Source: Vulcanimicrobiaceae bacterium (GTDB lineage: Bacteria; Vulcanimicrobiota; Vulcanimicrobiia; Vulcanimicrobiales; Vulcanimicrobiaceae). From it: a stretch of DNA of 59,662 nucleotides. The translations under genes were made by a program, and so were the position numbers. Positions 26,017-34,949 of this stretch are shown here, piece after piece (the stretch's first letter is position 1; the number at the start of each line of letters is the position of its first letter). The stretch covers positions 1 to 59,662 of the forward strand of contig DASRDE010000243.1 of the NCBI GenBank assembly GCA_035652755.1, written 5' to 3'. The notes beneath the pieces are model-generated. The model did not search any database, was not told the origin of the DNA, and saw nothing but the letters and a program-made list of their open reading frames with translations.

Positions 26017-26141
26017 GTGCTACTAAAGGACTACTGCGATGGCGGGCCGCCGTCCGGGTCTTGATGACTAGCTGGAAGGGGCCGTACATACTCCTTCCTT
26101 CAGCGACCCCGCGAGAACGCGCGCTGCAAAAGTTGACGCAA

Positions 26142-26792
26142 CTAAACTATTCCGTTGCGGAATGCGTAGATGGCGATTTGCGTTCTGGCGGTGACGTTGA
26201 GTTTGGAGAAAATGTTGGCGATGTGATTCTTGATCGTCTTATCGGAAACAAGAAGGCGTCCGGCGATCTCTTTGTTGGTTAGGCCTTCGGAGACCAGACG
26301 CACGACTTCCAGTTCGCGCGGCGAGAGTTCGCCCATTTCCGGCGAGGCGTGCTTGCGGAGCAGCAAGCCCGACAGGCGGGGATCGGCGTAGAACCCGTCG
26401 ACGCCCAGGCGTTTGAGCGAGGCGATCAGTTCGGCGGGCGTGACGTCCTTGACGATGTACCCGTCGGCGCCTGCGGAGATGGCCTTCATCATGACGGTGG
26501 TGCTCAACTGCGACCCCAGGACGCAGATGCGCACGCCCGGGATGGCGGCGCGGGTACGCGCCACCGCTTCTTCAATGCCTGCGACTTCGGCGTCGCACCC
26601 GATGACGACGATGTCTGGAGCGGAGCGCTGGAGCGCTTCGGCGTCGTACGAACGGGAGTCCCCGACGATGGTCAGGCCCTCGTCCCGGTCGAGAATGCTG
26701 CACAACGCCTTGCATAAGAGCTGTTGCGATTCGATTACGTAAACGCGGTAGGACGGCGCCGTTACCTGCGCCGGTTCCTTGACTTGAAACAT
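26142..26792 (-). CDS. NarL/FixJ-type response regulator (REC + LuxR HTH) with an atypical receiver
   Basis: Start set at ATG 26792 (GAGGGGG upstream). HTH LSPRELEVVRLVSEGLTNKEIAGRLLVSDKTIKNHIANIFSKL. The receiver keeps the Ser (VLGSQ) and Lys (GYIVKD) positions, but the acidic pocket reads VIESQ and the expected phospho-Asp position reads VVIGCDAE. Confidence 0.85.
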   Translation of the reverse strand: MFQVKEPAQVTAPSYRVYVIESQQLLCKALCSILDRDEGLTIVGDSRSYDAEALQRSAPDIVVIGCDAEVAGIEEAVARTRAAIPGVRICVLGSQLSTTVMMKAISAGADGYIVKDVTPAELIASLKRLGVDGFYADPRLSGLLLRKHASPEMGELSPRELEVVRLVSEGLTNKEIAGRLLVSDKTIKNHIANIFSKLNVTARTQIAIYAFRNGIV

Positions 26793-26963
26793 ATGCCCCC
26801 TCAGATGTTTGGAAGGGCCGCTGTATAAGCTTGCGTCCCTCACTCACAGTTAACCAAGCCTAGTACCGATTGACTACCCTCGATTTTGGGGGGTTTTGGG
26901 TCTTTGGCACTGGCCTGCCGTAGTACCCGACTATGCCAAGGACAGGGCCGCGGCCGAACCCGG

Positions 26964-28763
26964 CTAAACGGCTTCCCGGAATTGCTTGCGGTATAGCCGC
27001 GCGTAGGGGCCGTTGGCGGCCAGAAGCTGCGCGTGCGTGCCCGACTCGGCGATGCGGCCGTTCTCGACCACGAAGATCACGTCGGCCGAAAGCACAGTGG
27101 AGAGGCGGTGCGCGATCACCAGGCTCGTGCGGCCGCGCATGAGCGGGACGAGCGCCGCTTGGATCGCGGCTTCGCTGTGCGAGTCGAGCGAACTGGTCGC
27201 CTCGTCCAGAATGAGGATCTTGGGGTCCTTGAGCAGGACGCGGGCGATCGCCAGGCGCTGGCGCTCGCCGCCGGAGAGCTTGTGCCCGCGTTCGCCCACC
27301 ACGGTCTGGTAGCCGTCGGGCAGCGACCGGATGAACTCGTCGATGTTCGCGGCGGCTGCTGCCGCATGGATCTGATCGGCGGTGGCGTCGGGCCTGGCAT
27401 AGCGAAGATTCCGCTCGACGGTGTCGTGGAACAGGTACGTCTCCTGCGTGACGATGCCGATGTCGCGGCGCAGGGCCTCGAGCGGGATGGCGCGCACGTC
27501 CTGCCCGTCGACGAGAACGCGGCCGCTCGCGGCGTCATAAAAGCGCGGAACCAGTTGCGTGATCGTGGTCTTGCCGGCTCCGGAGGGGCCGACGAACGCG
27601 GCGATTTGTCCGGGATGGACTTCGAAAGAGACGCCCCGCAATGCCTCGCGCGGTCCGCCGTAGGAGAACCGCACGTCCTCGAACCGGATGTCGCCGCGCA
27701 GCGCCGCCGGTGCGGCCGCGCCCGGGGGCTCGTACTCCTCGGTGCGCATGTCCAGATAATCGAAGATGCGTTCGAAGACGGCCAGCGCGCTGACGATCTG
27801 CACCTGAATGCCGGCCAGCGCTGCGGCCGACCCGTACAGGCGCGTTCCGATGAATTGGATGAAGGCGACGATCACGCCGATCCGCGCCAGGTCGTGCAGG
27901 GCGAGCCAGCCGCCTCCCAGCCAGACCAGTGCCGGACCGATCGTAACCATCCCCGCGATGAGCGCCATGAACCATCTGCCCACCATGGCCAGATTGATCT
28001 CCAGACGCATCAAGTCGGTGCCGGCCTTGTAGAACCGGTCGCGCTCGTACGGCTCGCGCGCGAACGATTTAATCAGGGTGATGCCCGAGATCGAGAGCGT
28101 TTCTTGCGTGATGGACTCGATCTCGTCGCGCTTTTCGCGCGTGCGTTTGCGCACGTCGTACATGCGTCTTCCGACGGGCCCGAGCGGTACGATCATCAGC
28201 GGAACGACCGGCAGCGAGATGAGCGCGAGCTTCCAGTTCCAGGCAAACATCGCGACGAGGGTCGTCAGGATCACGAAGACGTTCGTCAGGATCGTCGTCA
28301 GCGTACCCGTTACGACGTTGTCGATGTTGTCGACGTCGTTGCTCACGCGGTTCATGATCTCGCCCGTCTTCGTCCCGGTGAAGAAGGACAGGGGCATGCG
28401 GTGCAGATGCGCGACGAGGCGCGTGCGGATGTCGCGCATGATGCCTTCGCCGACGAACGAATTCAAGTAGCCTTGTGCCACGCCGATCAGCGCGGCAATG
28501 AGCGCCGATGCGAGCATGACGCCCACGTCGATCGCCAGCTCGCGCATGCTGCGGCCGGGAATCGCGCGATCGATGATTCTAGCGGTAACGAATCCGGGAA
28601 CCAGGCCGAGCGCGGATGCGGCCAGGATGCACCCGAGCACGAAGGCTTCCTGCTTCCAATAGGGCGCAAAAAGCGCACCGATGCGCTTCCAGTCGATGCG
28701 CTTGCGAATCTGCGGTTTGTCGGGCCGGTTCATCGCCGACCACATCAGCCCGTACGGGTGCAT
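26964..28763 (-). CDS. Fused TMD-NBD ABC exporter (MsbA-like, type I exporter)
   Basis: Start set at ATG 28763, 11 nt after the upstream stop. Six-TM domain, then Walker A GPSGAGKTT, signature LSGGERQR, Walker B ILILDEATS. Confidence 0.92.
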   Translation of the reverse strand: MHPYGLMWSAMNRPDKPQIRKRIDWKRIGALFAPYWKQEAFVLGCILAASALGLVPGFVTARIIDRAIPGRSMRELAIDVGVMLASALIAALIGVAQGYLNSFVGEGIMRDIRTRLVAHLHRMPLSFFTGTKTGEIMNRVSNDVDNIDNVVTGTLTTILTNVFVILTTLVAMFAWNWKLALISLPVVPLMIVPLGPVGRRMYDVRKRTREKRDEIESITQETLSISGITLIKSFAREPYERDRFYKAGTDLMRLEINLAMVGRWFMALIAGMVTIGPALVWLGGGWLALHDLARIGVIVAFIQFIGTRLYGSAAALAGIQVQIVSALAVFERIFDYLDMRTEEYEPPGAAAPAALRGDIRFEDVRFSYGGPREALRGVSFEVHPGQIAAFVGPSGAGKTTITQLVPRFYDAASGRVLVDGQDVRAIPLEALRRDIGIVTQETYLFHDTVERNLRYARPDATADQIHAAAAAANIDEFIRSLPDGYQTVVGERGHKLSGGERQRLAIARVLLKDPKILILDEATSSLDSHSEAAIQAALVPLMRGRTSLVIAHRLSTVLSADVIFVVENGRIAESGTHAQLLAANGPYARLYRKQFREAV

Positions 28764-28774
28764 CGACCGCGGGC

Positions 28775-29140
28775 CTAATGCGGGACGGTGATTTGGTGCA
28801 GCGTGACTTGGTTGCCTTCGGGATCGTGAAAGGATCCGAGCTTGCAAACGCCCGTGTCGTGGATGCGCTCCGTGCGCACGTTCTTGGAACGCAGTTCGGC
28901 GAACGCCTTTTCGATGTCCGGCACTTCGAACGCCACCATGCCGCCGCCGCGCGCCGAGCCGGCCCATTCCTCGGTCATGACGGCGAACCAGCCCGAACCG
29001 ACCTTCGCCTCGGCATATTTCTCGACGCCGTTCTCTTCGAACGGGCGCCCGAACTCGAAACCCAACGCGTCGGCGTAAAAGGCGCGCAGTGCCGCTACAT
29101 CCTTTGCGGGATAGGCGACGAAGGCAAAGTCGGTGACCAT
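28775..29140 (-). CDS. VOC (glyoxalase/bleomycin-resistance fold) family protein
   Basis: 121 aa with the paired beta-alpha-beta-beta-beta pattern (AFYADALGFEF ... FHDPEGNQVTL). Confidence 0.85.
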   Translation of the reverse strand: MVTDFAFVAYPAKDVAALRAFYADALGFEFGRPFEENGVEKYAEAKVGSGWFAVMTEEWAGSARGGGMVAFEVPDIEKAFAELRSKNVRTERIHDTGVCKLGSFHDPEGNQVTLHQITVPH

Positions 29141-29141
29141 A

Positions 29142-30161
29142 TTACTTCTTTCCGTTTCGGATGGCTGCCAGTTCGCGGAAGAGCTTCTTCTCTTTTTCGC
29201 TCAGATCCGTCGGCAGCTGGCCGATGAGCCGCACGTACTGGTCGCCCGCTCCGCCGTCGCGAACCTTGGGCATGCCCTTACCGCCCAAACGCAACAGACG
29301 GTTGTTCTGCGTTCCGGCGGGGACGGTCATCGTCACTTGACCGCCCATGGTCGGGACTTTAACGTCGCCGCCGAGCACGAGGTCGTAGACGTTCACGGGA
29401 AGATCGACGTACAGATCGTCGCCCTTCCGCTTGTAGGTGGGATCGTCCAGGATCTTGACGATTAAAAAGAGATCGCCGTTGGGACCGCCTGCAACGCCGC
29501 TGCCGCCCTGCCCCGCAAGGCGGATGCGCTGTCCTTCGGCTATGCCTTTGGGAATAGTCACTTCGAACTTCTTGGTCGAGATGATCCGTCCGGTGCCGTG
29601 GCAGTGCGTGCAGAGCGAGCCGCGATCCGTGCCGGTCCCCCGGCAGCGCGAACAGACGTCTTCGAGCTGCAGCGAAACCGCTTTCTTGCCGCCGTCGTAG
29701 ACGTCGCGCAGCGAGAGCTCGATCGTCGTCTCCAAATCCTGTCCGCGCTGCGCGAAACCGGTGGATTGAGCCGTATTGCGCCGTCCGATTCCCGAAAAGA
29801 ACATGTCGAAGAAATCGGAGAAACCGCTCGGCCCCGCACCCGCGCCCGAGCCGCCCATGTCGCCGAAATTGAAGTTGAACGTTTCGCTTTGAGCGTTGCG
29901 GTAGCGGCGCTGCTGCTCGGCTTGCCGTGCGGCTTGCTGCCAATTGCTGCCGAGCATGTCGTACTTTCGGCGTTTGTCCGGGTCGCCCAGGACTTCGTAG
30001 GCCTCCTGGATCTCCTTGAACTTCTCTTCGGCGGCTTGCTGGTTTTGCGGATTTGCGTCGGGGTGCCACTTGCGCGCAAGCCGCCGGTACGCGGACTTTA
30101 CGTCCTTCTCGGCGGCGTTTTTTGGAACGCCCAGGATCTGATAGTAGTCCTTGTAGTTCAT
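29142..30161 (-). CDS. dnaJ: DnaJ-class co-chaperone with a reduced zinc-finger region
   Basis: J domain DYYQILGV...HPD, G/F-rich segment, only two CxxCxGxG motifs (CSRCRGTG, CTHCHGTG), and C-terminal substrate-binding domains. Confidence 0.9.
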   Translation of the reverse strand: MNYKDYYQILGVPKNAAEKDVKSAYRRLARKWHPDANPQNQQAAEEKFKEIQEAYEVLGDPDKRRKYDMLGSNWQQAARQAEQQRRYRNAQSETFNFNFGDMGGSGAGAGPSGFSDFFDMFFSGIGRRNTAQSTGFAQRGQDLETTIELSLRDVYDGGKKAVSLQLEDVCSRCRGTGTDRGSLCTHCHGTGRIISTKKFEVTIPKGIAEGQRIRLAGQGGSGVAGGPNGDLFLIVKILDDPTYKRKGDDLYVDLPVNVYDLVLGGDVKVPTMGGQVTMTVPAGTQNNRLLRLGGKGMPKVRDGGAGDQYVRLIGQLPTDLSEKEKKLFRELAAIRNGKK

Positions 30162-30703
30162 TCAGCGGCGCGTTTGGCGACGATCACTTTGGCGGGACGC
30201 AGCAGCTCGTCGCCGATCGTGTAGCCTTTCTGCGCCTCTTCCAGAACGGTGTCGTCTTGCACGCCGTCGACGTTCTGCGTCCCGATTGCCTCGGCGATTG
30301 CAGGGTCGAAGGGTTTGCCCTTGAGCTCGATGGGCTTGACCGACGCCATCGTGAGCACGTTCTCGAACTGGCGCAGCGTATTTTGAAGCCCGCTGCGAAG
30401 CGCTTCGGCGTTCTCTCCGTTATAGCTGAGCGCCCGTTCGAAGTTGTCGAGTACGGGAAGGATCTGCAGTAATACTTTGCGCTCGCCCGCGGTCGAAAGC
30501 TCGCGGTACGAACGCTCCATCCGCTTTTTATAGTTTTCGAAGTCCGCCATCGCCAGCAGAAACTTGTTGTAGTTGTCGTCCGCGCGCGCCGTCTGCTCGG
30601 CCAGCTGCGATTCCAGTTCGGCGATAGAGCGTGCCGAGCTCTCGCCGTTCTCGGCCGCCGCGGGGACGTCTGCTTCGGTCGTGTATTCTTCTTGCATAGT
30701 CAT
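30158..30703 (-). CDS. grpE: Nucleotide exchange factor GrpE
   Basis: 181 aa. Coiled-coil N-terminus and conserved NFKKR-like segment (ADFENYKKRMER). The C-terminal beta domain ends RPAKVIV. 4-nt overlap with dnaJ. Confidence 0.9.
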   Translation of the reverse strand: MTMQEEYTTEADVPAAAENGESSARSIAELESQLAEQTARADDNYNKFLLAMADFENYKKRMERSYRELSTAGERKVLLQILPVLDNFERALSYNGENAEALRSGLQNTLRQFENVLTMASVKPIELKGKPFDPAIAEAIGTQNVDGVQDDTVLEEAQKGYTIGDELLRPAKVIVAKRAAE

Positions 30704-30757
30704 ATTCAGAACGCGCCCGGACGAGCTCGGTGTGCGAACTCGTCCGGGCGCCGTTCC

Positions 30758-32620
30758 TTATTTGGCCTCTTTGAACTCCGCGTCGATGACGTCGTCGGGC
30801 TGTTGTGCCGAACCCGCGCCGTCGGCGGATTGACCCGCCGCGCCGTCTTCGGCCTGTTCGCCCTGCGCCGCACCGTTCGCGCCGGCAGCCGTCTTTTGAT
30901 AGAGCAGCTCGGCCATTTTGTAGCTGGCCTGCTGCAGACGTTCGATGGCGGGCTTAATCTCCGCGATCGTGCCGTTCTCGCTCACGCGTTTGAGTTCCGA
31001 AAGCGCGCTCTCGACTTCGCCGCGTGCGCCGGCGTCGAGTTTCTCGCCGACTTCCTTGAGCGATTTTTCGGTCGAGTAAATGAGGCTCGATGCTTGATTG
31101 CGCACCTCGGCCTCTTCGCGCTTGGCTTTATCCGTCGCGGCCTGGAGCTCCGCATCCTTGACCATGCGCTCCACCTCGTCTTTGGACAGGTTGGTGGAAG
31201 CGGTGATCGTGATCTGCTGCTCCTTACCCGTCCCCAGATCTTTGGCGCTTACGTTGACGATGCCGTTTGCATCGATGTTGAAGCTGACCTCGATCTGCGG
31301 CACGCCGCGCGGCGCTGCGGGGATCCCCTCGAGGCGGAAACGTCCCAGCGTCTTATTGTCGGGCGCCATCGGGCGTTCGCCTTGGAGCACGTGGATGTCG
31401 ACCGACGTTTGGCCGTCTTCGGCAGTCGTAAAGACCTGCGACTTCTTGGTCGGGATCGTCGTGTTGCGATCGATCAGCGTCGTCATGACGCCGCCCAAGG
31501 TCTCCAGGCCGAGCGACAGCGGGGTAACGTCAAGCAGCACGACGTCGCGGACTTCGCCGGCCAAGACGCCCGCTTGAATCGCGGCGCCCACGGCGACGAC
31601 TTCGTCAGGATTGACGCTCAGGTTGGGCTCTTTGCCCGTCAGTTTGCGCACGAGCTCCTGAATGACCGGCATGCGCGTCGCGCCGCCGACCATGATGATC
31701 TCGTCCAACTGCGAAACGTCGAGCTTCGCATCGGCGAGCGCGCTCTTGAACGGCTGCACCGTGCGATCGGTCAAATCGCTCGTGAGCTCTTCGAACTTGG
31801 CGCGCGTGAGCGTCATGTCCAAATGTTTGGGTCCGTTCTGATCCGCCGTGATGAACGGCAGGTTGATGCTCGTCTGCACGACCGAGCTCAGCTCGATCTT
31901 GGCCTTTTCTGCGGCCTCGGTCAGCCGCTGCATGGCCTGCTTGTCGGAGCTCAGATCGATGCCTTGCTCCTTGCGGAATTCTGCGACGAGCCACTCGACG
32001 ACGCGGTGGTCGTAGTCGTCGCCGCCCAGATGCGTGTCGCCGTTGGTCGCCTTGACTTCGAAGACGCCGTCGCCGACTTCCAGAATCGAAACGTCGAACG
32101 TACCGCCGCCAAGGTCCCAAACGAGAATGGTCTCGTTGCCCTTCTTGTCCAAGCCGTACGCGAGCGCGGCAGCGGTGGGTTCGTTGATAATGCGCAGCAC
32201 TTCAAGACCCGCGATCTTACCGGCGTCTTTGGTCGCCTGACGCTGGGAGTCGTTGAAGTACGCGGGTACGGTAATCACCGCTTTGGTGACCCGCTCGCCC
32301 AAATAGTTGCTCGCGTCGTTCACGAGCTTCTGCAGAATCATCGCCGAGATCTCTTGCGGCGTGTAATCCTTGCCGTCGATCTTGACGTGGTAATCCGTCC
32401 CCATATGCCGCTTGATCGAAGCGATCGTGCGATCGGGGTTGGTGATTGCCTGGCGCTTTGCCAGTTGTCCGACGAGGCGCTCGCCGGTTTTGGTGAATGC
32501 CACCACCGACGGGGTCGTCCGCGACCCTTCGGCGTTGGCGATGACGGTGGGATTCGATCCCTCCATCACGGCGACGACCGAATTGGTCGTGCCGAGGTCG
32601 ATTCCGACCACTTTTGCCAT
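30758..32620 (-). CDS. dnaK: Molecular chaperone DnaK (Hsp70)
   Basis: 620 aa. [17 protein letters not shown] and VGGATRMP signatures, and a C-terminal lid. Confidence 0.98.
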   Translation of the reverse strand: MAKVVGIDLGTTNSVVAVMEGSNPTVIANAEGSRTTPSVVAFTKTGERLVGQLAKRQAITNPDRTIASIKRHMGTDYHVKIDGKDYTPQEISAMILQKLVNDASNYLGERVTKAVITVPAYFNDSQRQATKDAGKIAGLEVLRIINEPTAAALAYGLDKKGNETILVWDLGGGTFDVSILEVGDGVFEVKATNGDTHLGGDDYDHRVVEWLVAEFRKEQGIDLSSDKQAMQRLTEAAEKAKIELSSVVQTSINLPFITADQNGPKHLDMTLTRAKFEELTSDLTDRTVQPFKSALADAKLDVSQLDEIIMVGGATRMPVIQELVRKLTGKEPNLSVNPDEVVAVGAAIQAGVLAGEVRDVVLLDVTPLSLGLETLGGVMTTLIDRNTTIPTKKSQVFTTAEDGQTSVDIHVLQGERPMAPDNKTLGRFRLEGIPAAPRGVPQIEVSFNIDANGIVNVSAKDLGTGKEQQITITASTNLSKDEVERMVKDAELQAATDKAKREEAEVRNQASSLIYSTEKSLKEVGEKLDAGARGEVESALSELKRVSENGTIAEIKPAIERLQQASYKMAELLYQKTAAGANGAAQGEQAEDGAAGQSADGAGSAQQPDDVIDAEFKEAK

Positions 32621-32738
32621 GAAATTGCCCTTCTTTCCGAGCCCATGGACCAGCCGTCGCCGCGCGCCTTTTCATCCTGAGGTGTCAAAGGGACGGGCTC
32701 GGGCCTTGCCGCTTACTGGGCTACAAGGATTGCTCTGT

Positions 32739-32761
32739 GCCGATAATAGTACGTCATCGGC
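32739..32761 (-). promoter_or_regulatory. Inverted repeat GCCGAT-N11-ATCGGC enclosing a TATTAT -10-like hexamer in the dnaK leader
   Basis: Minus-strand TATTAT at 32743-32748, flanked by 6-bp inverted arms (32739-32744 and 32756-32761), about 120 nt upstream of the dnaK ATG. No convincing -35 hexamer. Confidence 0.25.
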
Positions 32762-32828
32762 CCAGCGGTGTTCCATTGCTTTTAACCGCCCCCAGCCGCA
32801 CCCGGTTGCAGGACGGACCTTTAACAAC

Positions 32829-32855
32829 GAGAGCCGCCCCGGAGGGACGGCTCTC
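32829..32855 (-). terminator. GC-rich hairpin downstream of htrA
   Basis: gagagccg(ccc)-cgga-(ggg)a-cggctctc starts about 25 nt after the htrA stop. It is followed on the minus strand by gttgtt, a weak U-tract. Confidence 0.5.
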
Positions 32856-32879
32856 TGCGGTTTGTCGCGGGTGCGGCGG

Positions 32880-34139
32880 TTAGGGGCTCTGCTGGTCCGG
32901 GTTTTGATCCTGCGGGGTCTGGTCTTGGGGGACTTGCCCCGACTGATCGAGCCCGGTCGGAGTGGAGCCCAGCGTCAGGGTGACGAGCCGCTTGCTTCCG
33001 GCCGTCCAGACCTCGAGCGTGACTTTTTGGCCCGCATGCATATTGCGGATCGCGCCCTGCAGGTCGGCGGGATTGTCGTAGGACTTGCCGTTCATTTTCA
33101 GGATGACGTCGCCCGGATTCAGGCCTGCCTGATCCGCTGCCGAGCCGCTCACCACTTGCGCGATGCCGACACCGCCGGTCCCATGGTAATTCGCCTGGTT
33201 GCGGAAGCCGGGCGTGATCGGCGCCAAGCCGACGCCGAGGAATGCCTGCTCGGGCGGTGTGGTGATTCCCGGATGCGCGATCATCTGTTCTACGACGCGG
33301 CGGACTTGATTGGACGGTATCGCGAAGCCGATCCCTTCGGCGCCGCCGCGCAGCGTGGACTGGTTGACGCCGATGACGTCGCCGTTGATGTCGAGCAGCG
33401 GGCCGCCGGAGTTGCCGGGATTGATGGGCGCCGACGTCTGCATCAAGCCTTTAAAGGTCAGCGTCTGCCCCGTTCCCGTTTGAATCGGCTCGCTGCGATC
33501 GAACGCGGAGACGACGCCCACCGATACGCTCTGCTGCAGCTCGTACGGTTCGCCGATTGCAATCGCCCACTGTCCCTGCTGCACGCGATCGGAGTCGGCG
33601 AGCTGCATCGGCGGCGGCAGATTCTTGGTGTCGACGCGAATCACGGCCAAGTCGGCCCCGATGTTCGCAGCTATAAGATGCGCGCTTGCGTGCGATCCGT
33701 TGGCAAACGTCACCGTCATGCTGCTCACTTGAGCGTTCGGGACGTCCGGATGCGCGACGTGCGCGTTGGTGACGATATCGCCTTTATTGTCGAAGACGAA
33801 ACCGGAACCGGACGCGCGGCCGCGGAACGGCTGCACGATCGACGGCCCTTGCCCGCCGAAGAACTGCTGCATGAACGGGTCCACGGGGATGATCTGCTTG
33901 CCGTTCACCGCCAGTTGGATGGCGACGACCGACGGCTTCGCCCTTTTAACGGCGTTGACGATGCGGTCTTGATCGCTCGCGCCGCCGCTGATCGGCGCCG
34001 CGCTTACGACGGGTGGAGTATTGTCCGGACCGGCCACGTTCGCGAAGTGCGAGCTGGCGTACAGCATCATCACGAACGAGCCGATGACGGCGCCGGCCAA
34101 AGCGACTATCGCCGTTGGTATTACGCGATTTCTCAACAT
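32880..34139 (-). CDS. htrA: HtrA/DegP-family serine protease with a PDZ domain
   Basis: 419 aa. N-terminal membrane anchor, trypsin-like fold with GNSGGPL, and one PDZ domain. The C-terminal Q/D/P-rich tail is unusual. Confidence 0.92.
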   Translation of the reverse strand: MLRNRVIPTAIVALAGAVIGSFVMMLYASSHFANVAGPDNTPPVVSAAPISGGASDQDRIVNAVKRAKPSVVAIQLAVNGKQIIPVDPFMQQFFGGQGPSIVQPFRGRASGSGFVFDNKGDIVTNAHVAHPDVPNAQVSSMTVTFANGSHASAHLIAANIGADLAVIRVDTKNLPPPMQLADSDRVQQGQWAIAIGEPYELQQSVSVGVVSAFDRSEPIQTGTGQTLTFKGLMQTSAPINPGNSGGPLLDINGDVIGVNQSTLRGGAEGIGFAIPSNQVRRVVEQMIAHPGITTPPEQAFLGVGLAPITPGFRNQANYHGTGGVGIAQVVSGSAADQAGLNPGDVILKMNGKSYDNPADLQGAIRNMHAGQKVTLEVWTAGSKRLVTLTLGSTPTGLDQSGQVPQDQTPQDQNPDQQSP

Positions 34140-34223
34140 GCCTCTACTGTAAGACTGCGTGGGATCATGGGCCTATCTACCCGCTTTACGCCAAAAGGTA
34201 GCGGGGTACTTTCCCAGGCTATT

Positions 34224-34949
34224 CTAAGGTAGGACGGGCGCCGCCACCGGGGGCGCGTCCGAGACGAGAAGGCCGTCCAAGACGCGCAGGACGCGCTTGG
34301 CGTGCGAAGCGACGTTCTCGTCGTGCGTGACCATGATGATCGTGCGCCCGCCGGCGTTCAACCGGTCGAACAGGCCCAGGATCTCGGCACTGGTCTTGGA
34401 GTCCAGATTTCCGGTCGGCTCGTCGGCCAGCAGGACGGCGGGATCGTTGACGAGGGCGCGCGCGATGGCCACGCGCTGCTGCTGCCCGCCGGAAAGCTCG
34501 CTGGGCTTATGGCGGGCCCGGTCCGCCAGGCCGACTTCGGCCAGGCGGTCCATCGCGGCGGCGTTGCGCTCCTTGCCGTTCACGCCGGCATAAAACAGCG
34601 GCAGCGCGACGTTCTTGAGGGCATCGGTTCGGGTGAGCAGGTTGAACCCTTGGAAAACGAAGCCCAACTTTTTTAAACGGATCTGCGCCAGCTCGTTGTC
34701 GCCCAGTTTTGAGACGTCGACGCCGTCCAAGAGATACGTGCCCGACGTCGCGCGGTCCAAGCAGCCCAACAAGTTCATCAAGGTCGATTTTCCCGAGCCG
34801 GACGGGCCCATGATGGCGACGTATTCGCCTCGCGCGATCGTGAACGTGACGCCGCGCAGCGCCTGCACCTGCATCGCGCCCATCTGGTACGTTTTGGTGA
34901 CGTCGCGCACGTCGATGACCACGTCGCGTCCGTCAATCGCTTTATTCAT
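34224..34949 (-). CDS. ABC ATP-binding protein (MacB/LolD type)
   Basis: Walker A GPSGSGKST, signature LSGGQQQR, Walker B LLADEPTGNLD. 8-nt overlap with the upstream permease gene. Confidence 0.93.
   Translation of the reverse strand: MNKAIDGRDVVIDVRDVTKTYQMGAMQVQALRGVTFTIARGEYVAIMGPSGSGKSTLMNLLGCLDRATSGTYLLDGVDVSKLGDNELAQIRLKKLGFVFQGFNLLTRTDALKNVALPLFYAGVNGKERNAAAMDRLAEVGLADRARHKPSELSGGQQQRVAIARALVNDPAVLLADEPTGNLDSKTSAEILGLFDRLNAGGRTIIMVTHDENVASHAKRVLRVLDGLLVSDAPPVAAPVLP

Noticed and set aside
25961-26089. 42-codon minus-strand mini-ORF starting at ATG 26089 next to a GGAAGGAG motif.
   Set aside because: The SD-like motif is only 1 nt from the ATG. The ORF overlaps the start of the 25663-25986 gene in another frame and has no recognisable features.
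26061-26282. 73-aa plus-strand ORF spanning the intergenic region and the 3' end of the response regulator.
   Set aside because: It is antisense to the regulator's HTH-coding segment, with no SD and a non-coding-like composition.
30692-32680. 662-aa plus-strand ORF antisense to dnaK.
   Set aside because: It is the shadow frame of an unambiguous Hsp70 gene, and its composition is Arg/Asp/Leu-rich and non-protein-like.
34140-34223. Imperfect hairpin (ctacccgct...agcggggtac) after the ABC ATPase gene, and CGCAAT-CTTA-ATTGCG at 46207-46222 after the IDH-family gene, as terminators.
   Set aside because: The stems are short or bulged and have no U-tract, which is too weak to annotate.
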